Assembly: GCA_963845185.1 (NCBI GenBank)
Contig: CAWJRG010000001.1
Span: forward strand, 224,001 to 288,000
Reading direction: 5' to 3'
DNA from: an uncultured bacterium
GTDB taxonomy: Bacteria; Oederibacteriota; PGYV01; CAWJRG01
Length of the DNA: 64,000 nucleotides
The translations under genes and the position numbers were made by a program. The notes under the pieces were generated by a model. It had not been told where the DNA came from and did no database searches. It was given only the letters and a program-made list of their open reading frames with translations. Shown piece by piece: positions 20,028-30,475 of this stretch; position 1 is the first letter of the stretch, and every line of letters begins with the position of its first letter.

Positions 20028-21389
20028 CTATTTACTTCCTACCAGTATCTCAGGTATTCTTATTGTTGGCTGCGCATCGGAAACCGGCACTCCCTGCCCG
20101 TCCTTGCCGCATGTCCCAACGTCGAATCCCAAATCATTGCATACCGCGTCAATTGTATTCAATACATTCGCCCCGTTTCCCATTAAAGTGGCGCTGCGCA
20201 GCGGTTCTCCAACCTCGCCGTTTTCTATCATATATGCTTCCCCTACTTCAAAAATAAAATCCCCCGTGACCGTATTAACCTGCCCTCCACCCATCCTTTT
20301 TACAAATATGCCGTATTTTGTGTCTTTTATCAAGTCTTTTACCGAACCTGAACCGCTGGCTATCATTGTATTTGTCATCCTCGGTATTGGCTTGAATTTA
20401 TACGATTCCCTCCTGCCGTTTCCAGTTGGCATTGCCAGGTCTTTCAATGCCGTAAGCCTGTCATACATGTAACTCCGCAAAATCCCGTTTTCCACAAGTA
20501 TCTTTTTCTGCGACTGTATGCCTTCATCGTCAAATGAAAAAGAGCCCCTTTTATTTAGAATAGTCGCGTCATCCACTACGGTCACAATATCCGAAGCCAC
20601 TTTCTCGCCGACCCTGTCTTTTTTATAAGGCGACATCCCTTTCTGCACAATGTCTGCTTCAAGCGAATGCCCCACAGCCTCGTGTATCAAAGTGCCCCCT
20701 GCTTCCGAAGATATTATTGCCGGCATTTTTCCGGCTATTTTTTTATCCGTGGACAGCAGCCTCACGCTAAGTTCTGCCGCGTGCTTGACATAATCCATTA
20801 CTCTTTCTTCTCGCAAAAGCTCGTAGCCCTTGCGCCCCGACACCGCTTTATAAGCAGTCTCCATGGTCCCGTCTTTCGCCGCTATAATAAGCACGCTCAG
20901 CGTGGTATAAACCCTTTGCTCGGCTGCGTGCAGTCCCCTGTCGTTTATTATTTCAACGTCCTGGGTTTTCTCGGAATAAGTTATATTTACCTGTTTTATG
21001 AGCCCGCTGACCCCGCGCGCCAGTTCGTTTATTTTTTTCAAATAATCTATCTTTTCGGCAATATCCACCATTTGCGGGTATATTTTTACCCCATGTTTTA
21101 TTTCAGGTTCAACTTCGCTGAATACAAAATCCCCGGCCCGGTCTTTCATGCCGCCGCAAATAGAATTGATAATACCCTGCGTGTTTGCCGGGTTGTTAGT
21201 GTACCCGTAAAAAGTTTTATAATCCCTCACGCCCCTTATGCCCGTGCCGATGTCCACGCCTGAAGTTATCCTGTCTATATTGTTGTTTTCATAAGTGATT
21301 GTAGTTGTCTTTGATTCTTCTTCAAAGACATCCCATATCTGGAATCCCGCGCCTGCCAGTTTGTTCAATTCTTTTTTATCTAAATTCAT
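20028..21389 (-). CDS. tldD: TldD/PmbA family metalloprotease
   Basis: HEAVGHSLEAD, TGNGRRESY, PRMTNT, CGKDGQ.VPV. Confidence 0.93.
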   Translation of the reverse strand: MNLDKKELNKLAGAGFQIWDVFEEESKTTTITYENNNIDRITSGVDIGTGIRGVRDYKTFYGYTNNPANTQGIINSICGGMKDRAGDFVFSEVEPEIKHGVKIYPQMVDIAEKIDYLKKINELARGVSGLIKQVNITYSEKTQDVEIINDRGLHAAEQRVYTTLSVLIIAAKDGTMETAYKAVSGRKGYELLREERVMDYVKHAAELSVRLLSTDKKIAGKMPAIISSEAGGTLIHEAVGHSLEADIVQKGMSPYKKDRVGEKVASDIVTVVDDATILNKRGSFSFDDEGIQSQKKILVENGILRSYMYDRLTALKDLAMPTGNGRRESYKFKPIPRMTNTMIASGSGSVKDLIKDTKYGIFVKRMGGGQVNTVTGDFIFEVGEAYMIENGEVGEPLRSATLMGNGANVLNTIDAVCNDLGFDVGTCGKDGQGVPVSDAQPTIRIPEILVGSK

Positions 21390-21555
21390 CCCCTTTATTA
21401 CCTTTCTCGTGCTTTATGGCGGCCAGCGCCCAGACTATGAACGCGAGCGAAAAAAGGCCTATGTAAATAAATACTAAATTAAACCCGTATCTGATCATGC
21501 CGTAAACCGAAGATATAAATATTATTCCGAATGTTGCTGCCAGAATTGCATACAT
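21376..21555 (-). CDS. 59-aa two-TM small protein (absent from the ORF track)
   Basis: AAAGGAGGAG RBS then MYAILAATFGIIFISSVYGMIRYGFNLVFIYIGLFSLAFIVWALAAIKHEKGNKGDEFR*; fills the rnhA-tldD gap exactly. Confidence 0.7.
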   Translation of the reverse strand: MYAILAATFGIIFISSVYGMIRYGFNLVFIYIGLFSLAFIVWALAAIKHEKGNKGDEFR

Positions 21556-21966
21556 TTAAATTTCTCCTCCTTTTTTGCACGCGGCTTTGGCGAGTTTGTC
21601 CGCTTCCTTGTTTCTTTCGCGGGGCACGTGATCGACCGTAAAATTAATTTTGCTTTTATGCCTGAATATGGAAAACATAAACTTCTTCAGGTTTTCGTTC
21701 TTTACCTTGTATTCTCCGCTGAGCTGTTTTACGAGCAGCTCGCTGTCAGAATAAATCCTGATTTTTTTAATATTGTACTTTTGGCACAAATCCAGTAGAT
21801 GCGTCAGCGCTGTATATTCAGCCACATTATTGGTTGTTTCTCCTATATATTTCGACTCGGTGAGCAGCTCGTCTTTACCGTTGTATATTACAATCCCTAT
21901 CCCCGAGTGCCCGGGGTTCCCGCTTGATGCTCCGTCAATGAATGCTGTGTAATCCGCTTTAACCAT
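21556..21966 (-). CDS. rnhA: Ribonuclease HI family protein
   Basis: DGAS.GNPG, TNNVAEY, DSELLVKQ, HVPRERN..AD. Confidence 0.9.
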   Translation of the reverse strand: MVKADYTAFIDGASSGNPGHSGIGIVIYNGKDELLTESKYIGETTNNVAEYTALTHLLDLCQKYNIKKIRIYSDSELLVKQLSGEYKVKNENLKKFMFSIFRHKSKINFTVDHVPRERNKEADKLAKAACKKGGEI

Positions 21967-22001
21967 ATATGCCCGTTTCCTTTCAAAAGTCTAATGTATA
22001 T

Positions 22002-22841
22002 TTAAAAATTAACTGCCTCATGTATTTCTTTAAGCTGCGCCAGTATGCTTGAAACCTTATCCAGCGGATATTGCGTATCCCTGTCAGACAGTGCGTTTTT
22101 TATGTCATGATGCACTTCCAAAAATACGCCGTTCGCGCCCGCTGCAACCGCTCCTTTTGCTATTGTTTCAATAAATTCCCTGTCCCCGCCGGACCTGTCG
22201 CCTGCACCGCCCGGCCTCTGCACCGAATGCGTAGCATCAATTACAACCGGGTATCCCTTTGTTTTCATGTAAGCTATACTGCGTAAATCAACGACAAGGT
22301 TGTTATAGCCGAAGGTAAACCCGCGTTCGGTCAAAAGTATATTTTTGTTGCCTGCGCTTTCCACTTTTCTTAATATATTATCAATCTCAAACGGCGACAG
22401 GAACTCGCCTTTCTTAATATTAACGGCCTTGCCTGTTCTGGCGCTCGCAGTTAAAAGGTCGGTCTGCCTGCATAAAAATGCAGGTATCTGTATAACGTCA
22501 ACGACTTTTCCCGCCTTAATTGCCTGGCTGGTATCATGCACGTCAGTTAATATTGCCACGTTTAATTCCTTTTTTATTTTACTCAGTATTTTCAGGCCTT
22601 TATCAATGCCCGGTCCCCTGAAGCTTGCAATTGAGCTGCGGTTTGCCTTGTCATAGGACGCCTTGAAAATAAAAGGGATCCCGGAATATTCGCATACCTT
22701 TTTCAGCTCGCCGGCTATATGCATAGCCATTTTTTCGTTTTCAATTACACACGGCCCGGCGATTAAAAAGAAATCGCCCTGCGATATTGCCAGGTCTTTT
22801 GTTATTTTAATCTTTTTTAAAGCGTTTTTCTTTGTCTTCAT
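22002..22841 (-). CDS. kdsA: KDO-8-phosphate synthase
   Basis: AGPCVIE, KASYDKANRSS, QIPAFLCRQTD, DATHSVQ. Confidence 0.95.
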   Translation of the reverse strand: MKTKKNALKKIKITKDLAISQGDFFLIAGPCVIENEKMAMHIAGELKKVCEYSGIPFIFKASYDKANRSSIASFRGPGIDKGLKILSKIKKELNVAILTDVHDTSQAIKAGKVVDVIQIPAFLCRQTDLLTASARTGKAVNIKKGEFLSPFEIDNILRKVESAGNKNILLTERGFTFGYNNLVVDLRSIAYMKTKGYPVVIDATHSVQRPGGAGDRSGGDREFIETIAKGAVAAGANGVFLEVHHDIKNALSDRDTQYPLDKVSSILAQLKEIHEAVNF

Positions 22842-23007
22842 TGACCCACTCTGTTATTATGTTTTTCAACAGTTTCTCAAGCGGCATGTTGTATTTCTTC
22901 GCAAGCAGCTGCAGTGCGTCAAATTTCTCCTGCGCATTCATATGCTTTTTCTGCATGAATTCAAAAAGGTCCTGCTCTGCGGCTTTGTTTTTCTCATTTT
23001 CTTCCAT
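22807..23007 (-). CDS. Small hypothetical protein
   Basis: 66-aa ORF co-oriented within the operon. Confidence 0.5.
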   Translation of the reverse strand: MEENEKNKAAEQDLFEFMQKKHMNAQEKFDALQLLAKKYNMPLEKLLKNIITEWVNEDKEKRFKKD

Positions 23008-23030
23008 GATATTTTCCGTAACGATTATTT

Positions 23031-23059
23031 GTAGAGACGACCCGGCGGGTCGTCTCTAC
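23031..23059. repeat. REP variant palindrome
   Basis: GTAGAGACGACCCG-G-CGGGTCGTCTCTAC just downstream of pyrG. Confidence 0.85.
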
Positions 23060-23065
23060 TTCTTT

Positions 23066-24703
23066 TTATTTCTTCCCGTTCTTGCTTTTTGAATATTTCA
23101 GGGCTGCCTTCACAAATTCCCTGAACAAAGGATGCGCCTCAGTCGGTTTTGACTTGAATTCGGGATGGAACTGAACAGCGATAAACCACGGGTGCTTCGT
23201 GTATTCTACCATCTCCACGAGCACGCCGTCGGGCGATAACCCGCTTACAACAAATCCCTTTTCTTCGAATTTTTCCCTGTACTGGTTGTTAAACTCGTAC
23301 CTGTGCCTGTGCCTTTCAAAAATAACTTTTTCCTTGTAAGCGTCAAAAGATTTTGTTCCTTCTTTTATTTTGCACGGGTAGGCGCCGAGCCTCATTGAGC
23401 CGCCCATGTTTTTTACGCTTTTCTGCTCTTCAAGCATTGATATTACAGGATAACATGTTTCATTGTCAAATTCAGTGGAATTCGCGGATTTCATGGACAG
23501 CACGTTCCTTGCGAATTCAATTGTCGCGGACTGCATTCCAAGGCATATCCCCAGGAAAGGTATTTTCTTTTCCCTCGCATATTTTATCGCTTCCACTTTC
23601 CCTTCTATGCCCCTCGTGCCGAAACCTCCCGGCACCAGAATCCCATCCACACCGTTTAGTATTTTTCCCACCATGCCTTTCTTTTTTGCCGGCTCGATTT
23701 CCTTTTCAGAATCAACCCATTTTATATTAACTTTGCTGTTGTTCGCAATGCCGCCGTGTATTATGGCTTCTCTTATGCTTTTATACGCATCCTGCACGTC
23801 TATGTATTTACCAACTACCGCTATGTTCACCTCGTACGCCGGGTTTTTTATTTTCTTTAAAATTCCATCCCATACGCGAAGGTCGGACTTTTTGGCCTTA
23901 AGCCCGAGCTTTTCGATTATTATGTCATCCAGGCATTGGGCATGGAACATCTTTGGAACCTCATAAACCGACGGCACGTCGAGAGCCTGTATTACTGCCC
24001 TTTCCTCCACGTTGCAGAAAAGTGAAATTTTTTCCTTGTCGGCTTTCGATATCTTATGCTCAGTCCTGCATAAAAGTATATCCGGCTGGATACCAATGGA
24101 CCTCAAAGTGCTTACCGAATGCTGGGTCGGCTTTGTCTTTATCTCGCCCGCGGCGTGTATATACGGTATCAGCGTCAGATGTATATAAAGCACGTTTTGC
24201 CTGCCAAGGTCTTTCTGCATCTGCCTTATTGACTCCAGAAACGGCAGGCCTTCTATGTCTCCCACCGTACCGCCTACTTCTATTATCGCTACGTCAACAT
24301 TCTTTCCTTTTGCCACCTGCCTTATCCTGCTTTTTATCTCATTTGTCACGTGCGGCACTACCTGCACCGTCTTCCCGAGGTAATCACCTCGCCTTTCCTT
24401 TTCTATAATAGTGCTGTATATTTTGCCTGTTGTGACGTTGTTTAAAGCAGTTAGTTTCGCCGACGTATACCGCTCGTAATGCCCCAGGTCAAGGTCCGTT
24501 TCAGCCCCGTCCTCGGTCACGTAAACCTCACCGTGCTGAAAAGGGCTCATGGTTCCCGGGTCTACGTTTATGTAAGGGTCAAGCTTCTGCATGGTTATCT
24601 TTAACCCTCTTGCCTCCAGAAGCGCGCCTATGGAAGCCGAAGCTATGCCTTTACCCAGCGATGAAACAACTCCTCCAGTTACAAATATAAATTTTGTTTC
24701 CAT
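23066..24703 (-). CDS. pyrG: CTP synthase
   Basis: [44 protein letters not shown]. Confidence 0.98.
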   Translation of the reverse strand: METKFIFVTGGVVSSLGKGIASASIGALLEARGLKITMQKLDPYINVDPGTMSPFQHGEVYVTEDGAETDLDLGHYERYTSAKLTALNNVTTGKIYSTIIEKERRGDYLGKTVQVVPHVTNEIKSRIRQVAKGKNVDVAIIEVGGTVGDIEGLPFLESIRQMQKDLGRQNVLYIHLTLIPYIHAAGEIKTKPTQHSVSTLRSIGIQPDILLCRTEHKISKADKEKISLFCNVEERAVIQALDVPSVYEVPKMFHAQCLDDIIIEKLGLKAKKSDLRVWDGILKKIKNPAYEVNIAVVGKYIDVQDAYKSIREAIIHGGIANNSKVNIKWVDSEKEIEPAKKKGMVGKILNGVDGILVPGGFGTRGIEGKVEAIKYAREKKIPFLGICLGMQSATIEFARNVLSMKSANSTEFDNETCYPVISMLEEQKSVKNMGGSMRLGAYPCKIKEGTKSFDAYKEKVIFERHRHRYEFNNQYREKFEEKGFVVSGLSPDGVLVEMVEYTKHPWFIAVQFHPEFKSKPTEAHPLFREFVKAALKYSKSKNGKK

Positions 24704-24713
24704 GTTTTTCGCC

Positions 24714-25445
24714 TCATCGAATCGATTTTTTAAATTTCTTCAGGTCTTCTTTGGTATCTATGCCTATGCTCCTGCTTTTTGCCACTACTACCTTAATCAA
24801 ACAGCCGTTTTCTATAGCCCTTAACTGCTCGAGTTTTTCTATTTTTTCGTAATTGCTTTTCATGCCCGACCACTTGTCCAGCACGCCTTTCCTGTAAGCG
24901 TATATGCCTATATGCTTTAATCCCTGCCTGGCAGCGCCCGGCCTGTCACGGTCAAAAGGCACCGCCGCCCTGGAAAAATAAAGGGCGTTTCCTTCTGCCC
25001 CGGTTACCACCTTTACCACTCCCGGGTCGTTCATATCCACGGTGCTTGTAATAGGCGAGGCAAGTGTGGCCATATCGTATTTTTTTTCCTTTATAAGCGC
25101 GTCAATTACTTTGTCTATAAGCCTCGGCTCCAGGCTGGGCTCGTCGCCCTGGATATTTACTATTATATCATTTATGTTTGCTTTTATCGAGCGCAGCGCT
25201 TCTCTTATCCTTTCCGTGCCGGATTTGCATTTCTTCGATGTCATTATCACGCTGCAGCCGTTTTTTTCAAGAATTTTTTTTATCCTGATGTTATCAGTTG
25301 CGACATAAAGCTTTCTTATGAGTTTTGCGCGGCTCGCGTTTTCACACACGTACTGTATTATGGTTTTGCCTTTTACTTTTATCAGCATCTTTTCAGCCAG
25401 CCGGGTTGATTTCAGACGCGCCGGGATGACACCTATTATGTTCAC
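24714..25445 (-). CDS. kdsB: CMP-KDO synthetase
   Basis: IPAR..STRL..K, SGTER, NIQGDEP, ALYFSR, EKLEQLR. Confidence 0.95.
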   Translation of the reverse strand: MNIIGVIPARLKSTRLAEKMLIKVKGKTIIQYVCENASRAKLIRKLYVATDNIRIKKILEKNGCSVIMTSKKCKSGTERIREALRSIKANINDIIVNIQGDEPSLEPRLIDKVIDALIKEKKYDMATLASPITSTVDMNDPGVVKVVTGAEGNALYFSRAAVPFDRDRPGAARQGLKHIGIYAYRKGVLDKWSGMKSNYEKIEKLEQLRAIENGCLIKVVVAKSRSIGIDTKEDLKKFKKSIR

Positions 25446-25945
25446 TTAGCTCTCCTGTTTCCGTAATTTTCCAGCACTTTCTTGATAATATTGGTCGTAG
25501 AAAAGCCTTTTTCGTATTTTATGTTTTTCACAACTCCGCCTGCTGCTTTTACTATATCGGCGCCTATTATTTTATCTATTTTCCAGTCGCCGCCCTTCAC
25601 TAGCACATTCGGCACAATATCCTTTATTATATTATACGGGTCAGATTCGTAAAATACCGTCACTATATCTACACATGAAAGTGCCGAGAGTACTTCTGCC
25701 CTTTCCCTTTGCGTTACTATTGGCCTGTTCATGCCCTTAATGCACCTGACCGACGAATCGCTGTTTAATGCCACTATAAGTATGTCTCCGAATGCTTTTG
25801 CTTTTTTCAGGAGCCTTACATGGCCGCTATGCAGGATGTCATAACAGCCGTTTGTAAATACTACCTTTTTCCCGGCTTTCTTGAGTCTTTTTACTTTATT
25901 TACCAGCTTTTTCCTGCTGAATATTATTTTATCCTGAAGCTTCAT
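25442..25945 (-). CDS. rfaE2: Heptose-1-phosphate adenylyltransferase
   Basis: FTNGCYDILHSGH, NSDSSV, KGGDW, STT. Confidence 0.9.
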   Translation of the reverse strand: MKLQDKIIFSRKKLVNKVKRLKKAGKKVVFTNGCYDILHSGHVRLLKKAKAFGDILIVALNSDSSVRCIKGMNRPIVTQRERAEVLSALSCVDIVTVFYESDPYNIIKDIVPNVLVKGGDWKIDKIIGADIVKAAGGVVKNIKYEKGFSTTNIIKKVLENYGNRRAK

Positions 25946-26918
25946 TAACCGCAGCCTTTAATTCCATCGGCGTCAAAACCGCTACTCCTACCTCGGCCAC
26001 AACCCTGCCAGCCGCTATGTTTGCCAGTTTTGCCGCTTCTTTGAAATTCGCGCCCGCGCATAAAGCAAGCGTCGCCACGCTTATTGCAGTATCGCCTGCG
26101 CCCGTGACATCGTATACTTCCTTTGCTTCTGTCGGTATGGTATGCAATACGGCGCCTTTTTCATAAATTGACAGGCCTTCCTCGCCCCTTGTAATCATTA
26201 TGGCCTCGGAATCCGTCAGTTCTTTTAATTTTTTAGCAACGGCAAGCACGTCTTTCTCGTTCTTTATGCTAATGCCCGCTGCTTCGGATGCTTCTTTTTT
26301 ATTTGGCGATATAAGAGTAACACCCTTAAATATCTTTATATTATCCGGTTTCGGGTCCACTGTTATAATTTTCCCTTTTGCCATGGCTACAACCGAGGAT
26401 ACGAGTTCTTTTGTTATCATGCCTTTTTCGTAATCCGAGAAAATCACAGCGTCAATCTTGCCTATGAATACCGATATGCTTTTCACCACGTCTTTTATGG
26501 TTTTTGCCTGCACATCCATTTTATATTCTTTATCAATCCTCACTACCTGCTGGCTGTGGGCAAAAACCCTGGTTTTCACCGTTGTCGGCCTGTTTTTATC
26601 CCAGGCAATTGCCTCAGTGTTTACATTATGCTTTTTTAAATAGTCGAGGAGCTTGTGCGCGTTTAAGTCCGAGCCGACCACTCCGGCCGCGTAAACCTTG
26701 GCGCCCAGCGAAATCAGGTTAAGTATTACATTTGCAGCGCCGCCAGGTTTGGTTTCTTCTTTTTTTACCTCAACCACGGGTATCGGGGCTTCAGGCGATA
26801 TTCTTGTTACGCTGCCCCATATATATTCGTCAAGCATAAGGTCGCCTATGACAAGTACTTTCTTGTTTTTAAATTTTCCTATCATCAGGGCCATGGATTT
26901 TTTGTTTATTCCCTGCAT
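25929..26918 (-). CDS. rfaE1: Heptose-7-phosphate kinase
   Basis: GDLMLD, RISPEAP, GGAANV, DVTGAGDT. Confidence 0.9.
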   Translation of the reverse strand: MQGINKKSMALMIGKFKNKKVLVIGDLMLDEYIWGSVTRISPEAPIPVVEVKKEETKPGGAANVILNLISLGAKVYAAGVVGSDLNAHKLLDYLKKHNVNTEAIAWDKNRPTTVKTRVFAHSQQVVRIDKEYKMDVQAKTIKDVVKSISVFIGKIDAVIFSDYEKGMITKELVSSVVAMAKGKIITVDPKPDNIKIFKGVTLISPNKKEASEAAGISIKNEKDVLAVAKKLKELTDSEAIMITRGEEGLSIYEKGAVLHTIPTEAKEVYDVTGAGDTAISVATLALCAGANFKEAAKLANIAAGRVVAEVGVAVLTPMELKAAVNEASG

Positions 26919-27493
26919 TATTTTTTACCTACAAGCTTTTGCTCGACTATGTCGCATATTATATGCAAAAAAGTAATGTGCGTTTCCTGTATGCGCATGG
27001 TGTTTTTTGACTGCACGTCAATCAGTATGTCGCACTCGTTTTTCATCTTGCCCCCGCCCTCGCCGGTAAAACCGATAATTTTCAACTTTTGTTTTTTCGC
27101 CTGTTTTATTGCCAAAAGGACATTTTTAGAATTCCCTGATGTTGACAATGCAACCGCGCAGTCCCCAGGCTTGCCAAGCGCTTCTATTTGGCGTTCGAAT
27201 ACCATGTCAAAACCGAAATCATTTCCGCAGGAAGTAAGTATTGAGGTGTCGGTCGTAAGGGCAATTGCGGGGTATGCCTTCCTGTTTTCCTTAAGCCTCA
27301 CAACCAATTCAGTTGCGATGTGCTGGGAATCCGCTGCAGACCCGCCGTTTCCAAAGATAAGGATTTTATTGCCGTTTTTCAGGGTTTCGTAGATTATATT
27401 AACTGCTTTTTCAAGGCTGGCTTTGTGCTTTTCAAAGGTTTTTTCCTTTACTTCCATGCTTTCTTTCACGCAATCATAAAAATATTCCTGCAT
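26918..27493 (-). CDS. gmhA: Sedoheptulose-7-phosphate isomerase
   Basis: GNGGSAADSQH, STSGNS, IQE.H. Confidence 0.95.
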   Translation of the reverse strand: MQEYFYDCVKESMEVKEKTFEKHKASLEKAVNIIYETLKNGNKILIFGNGGSAADSQHIATELVVRLKENRKAYPAIALTTDTSILTSCGNDFGFDMVFERQIEALGKPGDCAVALSTSGNSKNVLLAIKQAKKQKLKIIGFTGEGGGKMKNECDILIDVQSKNTMRIQETHITFLHIICDIVEQKLVGKK

Positions 27494-27527
27494 TCGCTTC
27501 TCCCGTGTGATTTTTTATCCGCATGTG

Positions 27528-27644
27528 GTGGAACCCCGCCGCAGCAGTCGGCGGATCCTTTAATAACCACCGGAGGTTATCATAAGTTCCCTCCGGAAAG
27601 GTATAATATATTCCCCAACCAAAGTTGGGGAATTTCTTTCTGGA
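27528..27644 (-). mobile_element. Non-autonomous multi-hairpin element, copy 1 (117 bp)
   Basis: Homologous to 35080-35199 and 46177-46395; conserved ends GTGGAACC...CTTTC(C/T)GGA. Confidence 0.75.
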
Positions 27645-27741
27645 TTAATTATAAGACAGTTTTATATTTTTAGTCAATGGTAAAAGCATGCAGTCGTCAG
27701 TAGTAGTTCAAACCTTATCACTGCTATATAATTGACTTTTT

Positions 27742-27924
27742 CTATACATAACCATGGCATTTAAATTCACTTTCACCGTGCTGGTCTATGCGCATAAGAT
27801 TGCACAGGACTTCTTCGGATAGTTTCCCGTCATTAACACAGGTTACGCACAGGCCGGGTTTGGGAATCAAATTTTGATTTATGCGCGTGCCATCATCGAG
27901 AAAATAGCCTTCATCGTCAAGCAT
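27742..27924 (-). CDS. Small Cys-containing hypothetical protein
   Basis: DDGT.IN..LIPKP.LCVTC...LC...F.C; AGGTG RBS. Confidence 0.6.
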   Translation of the reverse strand: MLDDEGYFLDDGTRINQNLIPKPGLCVTCVNDGKLSEEVLCNLMRIDQHGESEFKCHGYV

Positions 27925-27963
27925 ATATCACCTATCATTTTTTTGAAACATATGCAAGTGCCC

Positions 27964-29031
27964 TCACTCCGCTTCCACGAGGGTTGCGCTCTGGAGAACC
28001 GCATCAACGCTTCCTATGGCTATATGGCTTTTCAGGAGCACCGGTACCCTGTTTGCGTCGTCGGTAACCCAAATATCAAGCTCTCCTTTTTGCTTGAAAA
28101 TACCTTCGAATTTCAAATATGGCCTGATAATAATGCAGTCAAAGGTTCCGGCGTCAACAGTGACCTTTTCCTTCCCGACTTTTTTTACGAGCACCTGGTA
28201 CGGCTTGCCCTCATCAGAGCAAACATCTATATAAACCTCGTCTTTTCCTGTCATGTCTATGTTCCTGAAAAAATACAGTTCAGACAGTACGTCCTGCACA
28301 AATGAAGGGACTTTATACTGCTCTTTTGTATATTTTATAGCAAGCTGCTTCTCGGGAAAAAACTCTATTCCGCTGTATGCCTTATACGTGCCTTCCTCCA
28401 GGTTTTTGCTGTATTTCAGGGAAAATAGCCCCAGGACATCCATGTATGATTCGATTTTATCATTAACCCTGTAAAATGTCTCAAAAACCGGCGCGGTCCT
28501 TGCCGTTGCCACTATATGATAAGCCTGCCTGTTATGTATTTCATCCATTTCCTTTATTTCAAGTATGCCTACACCTGCGGTTATGTTGAAATACTTGACT
28601 GAGTACACCAGTTTTTCGCCGACACCGAAACATTTATTTACGACTGTCCTGTATTCAAATGCCTTTTCAGCCGGTTTTATCTGCTGTCGCGGGTCATCCT
28701 TGAAATCATTCGGGTCTAGTACAGGCAGGAAAAATTTCTGGCCTTTATGTACATAGTAAGGCGGCTTAATTTTATTCGCGCTTGCTATGGCTTTCCAGCA
28801 CAGGGGATTGTTGTAATTTTTCCTCGCTATGCTCCACATTGTATCATCTTCCAGCGCGTAATAATATTCAGCCCGCTTTGGTTGTTCTTTTATAACAGCG
28901 GCTTCGGCTTGTTTCTTAAGTTTTGCTTCCTGCTTTTGTATTTTAATTTTTGCGATTTTTTGTACCTGGACACCGGCGCAGGAACAAAATATAAATGCCG
29001 CTGCGGCAAAAAAAATCACTGCATTTTTCAT
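27964..29031 (-). CDS. LysM plus DUF3108-like lipoprotein
   Basis: Lipobox FCSC; LysM DTMWSIA...W..IASANKI; GEKL.Y, V.AGTFDC and W..DD..RVP motifs. Confidence 0.78.
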   Translation of the reverse strand: MKNAVIFFAAAAFIFCSCAGVQVQKIAKIKIQKQEAKLKKQAEAAVIKEQPKRAEYYYALEDDTMWSIARKNYNNPLCWKAIASANKIKPPYYVHKGQKFFLPVLDPNDFKDDPRQQIKPAEKAFEYRTVVNKCFGVGEKLVYSVKYFNITAGVGILEIKEMDEIHNRQAYHIVATARTAPVFETFYRVNDKIESYMDVLGLFSLKYSKNLEEGTYKAYSGIEFFPEKQLAIKYTKEQYKVPSFVQDVLSELYFFRNIDMTGKDEVYIDVCSDEGKPYQVLVKKVGKEKVTVDAGTFDCIIIRPYLKFEGIFKQKGELDIWVTDDANRVPVLLKSHIAIGSVDAVLQSATLVEAE

Positions 29032-30002
29032 GGCGCCGCCTTCCTTAAAAGCAACGCGGCTTTCTGCGCCACGTAATCGGCGCTTATGGCATCCATGGGG
29101 CTTCCCTCGGCCGGCATTATTATTTCAGCCATATTGCCGATCGGCCTCCACCTTGTGGGCTTTATCCCGGAAAAAGGAAAAAAGGAAATTGTTCTTACCC
29201 CCAACGCAGCCGCTATGTGCATTGGGCCTGTGCTGGCGCTTATAAAAAGCTTTGAATGCCTGATTACCGATGCCAGCTGCCTTATCGAAAGATGCTCATT
29301 CATGATTGCCACATTCTTCCTGTTTTTCAGGCAGCCGTATATTTCCCTGGCTTTAAACTGCTCGCCTTTGCCGCTGGCAATCAGGATTTTTGTTTTTGTC
29401 ATTCCCGCCAGCTTTTCGATGATTTCAGAATACCGCATTACGCTCAGGTTTTCAGCCTGGCCCCTCCCGCCCGGATATACTATGACAAATCCCGGCTTTA
29501 TGCCCTTTTTCCCGAGGTATTTCTTGGCCTCCAGTATTTCAATTTTCTCAAGGTATAAATAAAGCTTCTCTGCTTTTTTCTCGCCTATTATATCCCTCGC
29601 CTGCATGAGGTTATAGTCGGCTTCGTGCATCAGGGAATATTTCCTGTGCATTTTTATCCTTTTGTTGAAAAATAAAAACGAATACCACCTGTATGCTGTC
29701 CCTATCCTCTCAGGTATGCCTGCCTTCTTGATAAGCCGGGCAACGCCAAAGCGCGGGAATAAAATTATTGCCGTATCAAATCCGTAACCCCTTAGTTTTG
29801 CAGCCAGTCCCCCTGTACTTCCTTTTTTGTAAATTATTATTTCGTCGACTTCTGGGTTGTTTTCAATGACGCCTTTCGCGTAGTCGCTGGCAAGCACCGC
29901 AAGGAAGCAGCCTTTTATCCTTTTCTTTATTTCATGTATAAGTGGCGTGGCGAGAAGCAGGTCGCCTACGGCGTCCGTGCGGGAAATCAGGATTTTTTTC
30001 AT
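29028..30002 (-). CDS. GT9 LPS heptosyltransferase
   Basis: RTDAVGD...TP, STGPMHIAAALG, RWRP. Confidence 0.88.
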   Translation of the reverse strand: MKKILISRTDAVGDLLLATPLIHEIKKRIKGCFLAVLASDYAKGVIENNPEVDEIIIYKKGSTGGLAAKLRGYGFDTAIILFPRFGVARLIKKAGIPERIGTAYRWYSFLFFNKRIKMHRKYSLMHEADYNLMQARDIIGEKKAEKLYLYLEKIEILEAKKYLGKKGIKPGFVIVYPGGRGQAENLSVMRYSEIIEKLAGMTKTKILIASGKGEQFKAREIYGCLKNRKNVAIMNEHLSIRQLASVIRHSKLFISASTGPMHIAAALGVRTISFFPFSGIKPTRWRPIGNMAEIIMPAEGSPMDAISADYVAQKAALLLRKAAP

Positions 30003-30475
30003 TTGTATTTGTCCACTATTGTCTTTATCAGGTCTTTTGTGGAATGCCTTTTCCTGTCGCCGACAATAGCTATTTTTATACCCAGTCTTTTCGCAATATC
30101 CCTTTCAGGCACGGTGTTTTTCGTATAATCGGTCCCTTTTGCGTGGAAATCCGGCCTCAAAACCTCAAGCGTCCTGTCCACGGTAAGCTCATTAAATACC
30201 GTTATATAATCCACAAACTCAAACTCGGACAGGATTTCAGCGCGTTCTTTTGCCCCCACAAGCGGCCGCCCCTTGCCTTTAAGTTTCCGGACTGAATTGT
30301 CCGAGTTAAGCCCGACAATCAGCACGTCTCCTTTTGCGCGCGCGCCTTTTAAAAACCTTATATGCCCCACATGCAGAATGTCAAAACACCCGTTCGCGAA
30401 CACGACTTTTTTCCCGCGCTTTTTTATTTTCCTTATTATGCCTGCAAGCTGTTCCCTGCTTTTAAGCTTTGACAT
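29999..30475 (-). CDS. Second RfaE2-like adenylyl/cytidylyltransferase
   Basis: ANGCFDILHVGH, NSD.SV, KGTDY. Confidence 0.88.
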   Translation of the reverse strand: MSKLKSREQLAGIIRKIKKRGKKVVFANGCFDILHVGHIRFLKGARAKGDVLIVGLNSDNSVRKLKGKGRPLVGAKERAEILSEFEFVDYITVFNELTVDRTLEVLRPDFHAKGTDYTKNTVPERDIAKRLGIKIAIVGDRKRHSTKDLIKTIVDKYK

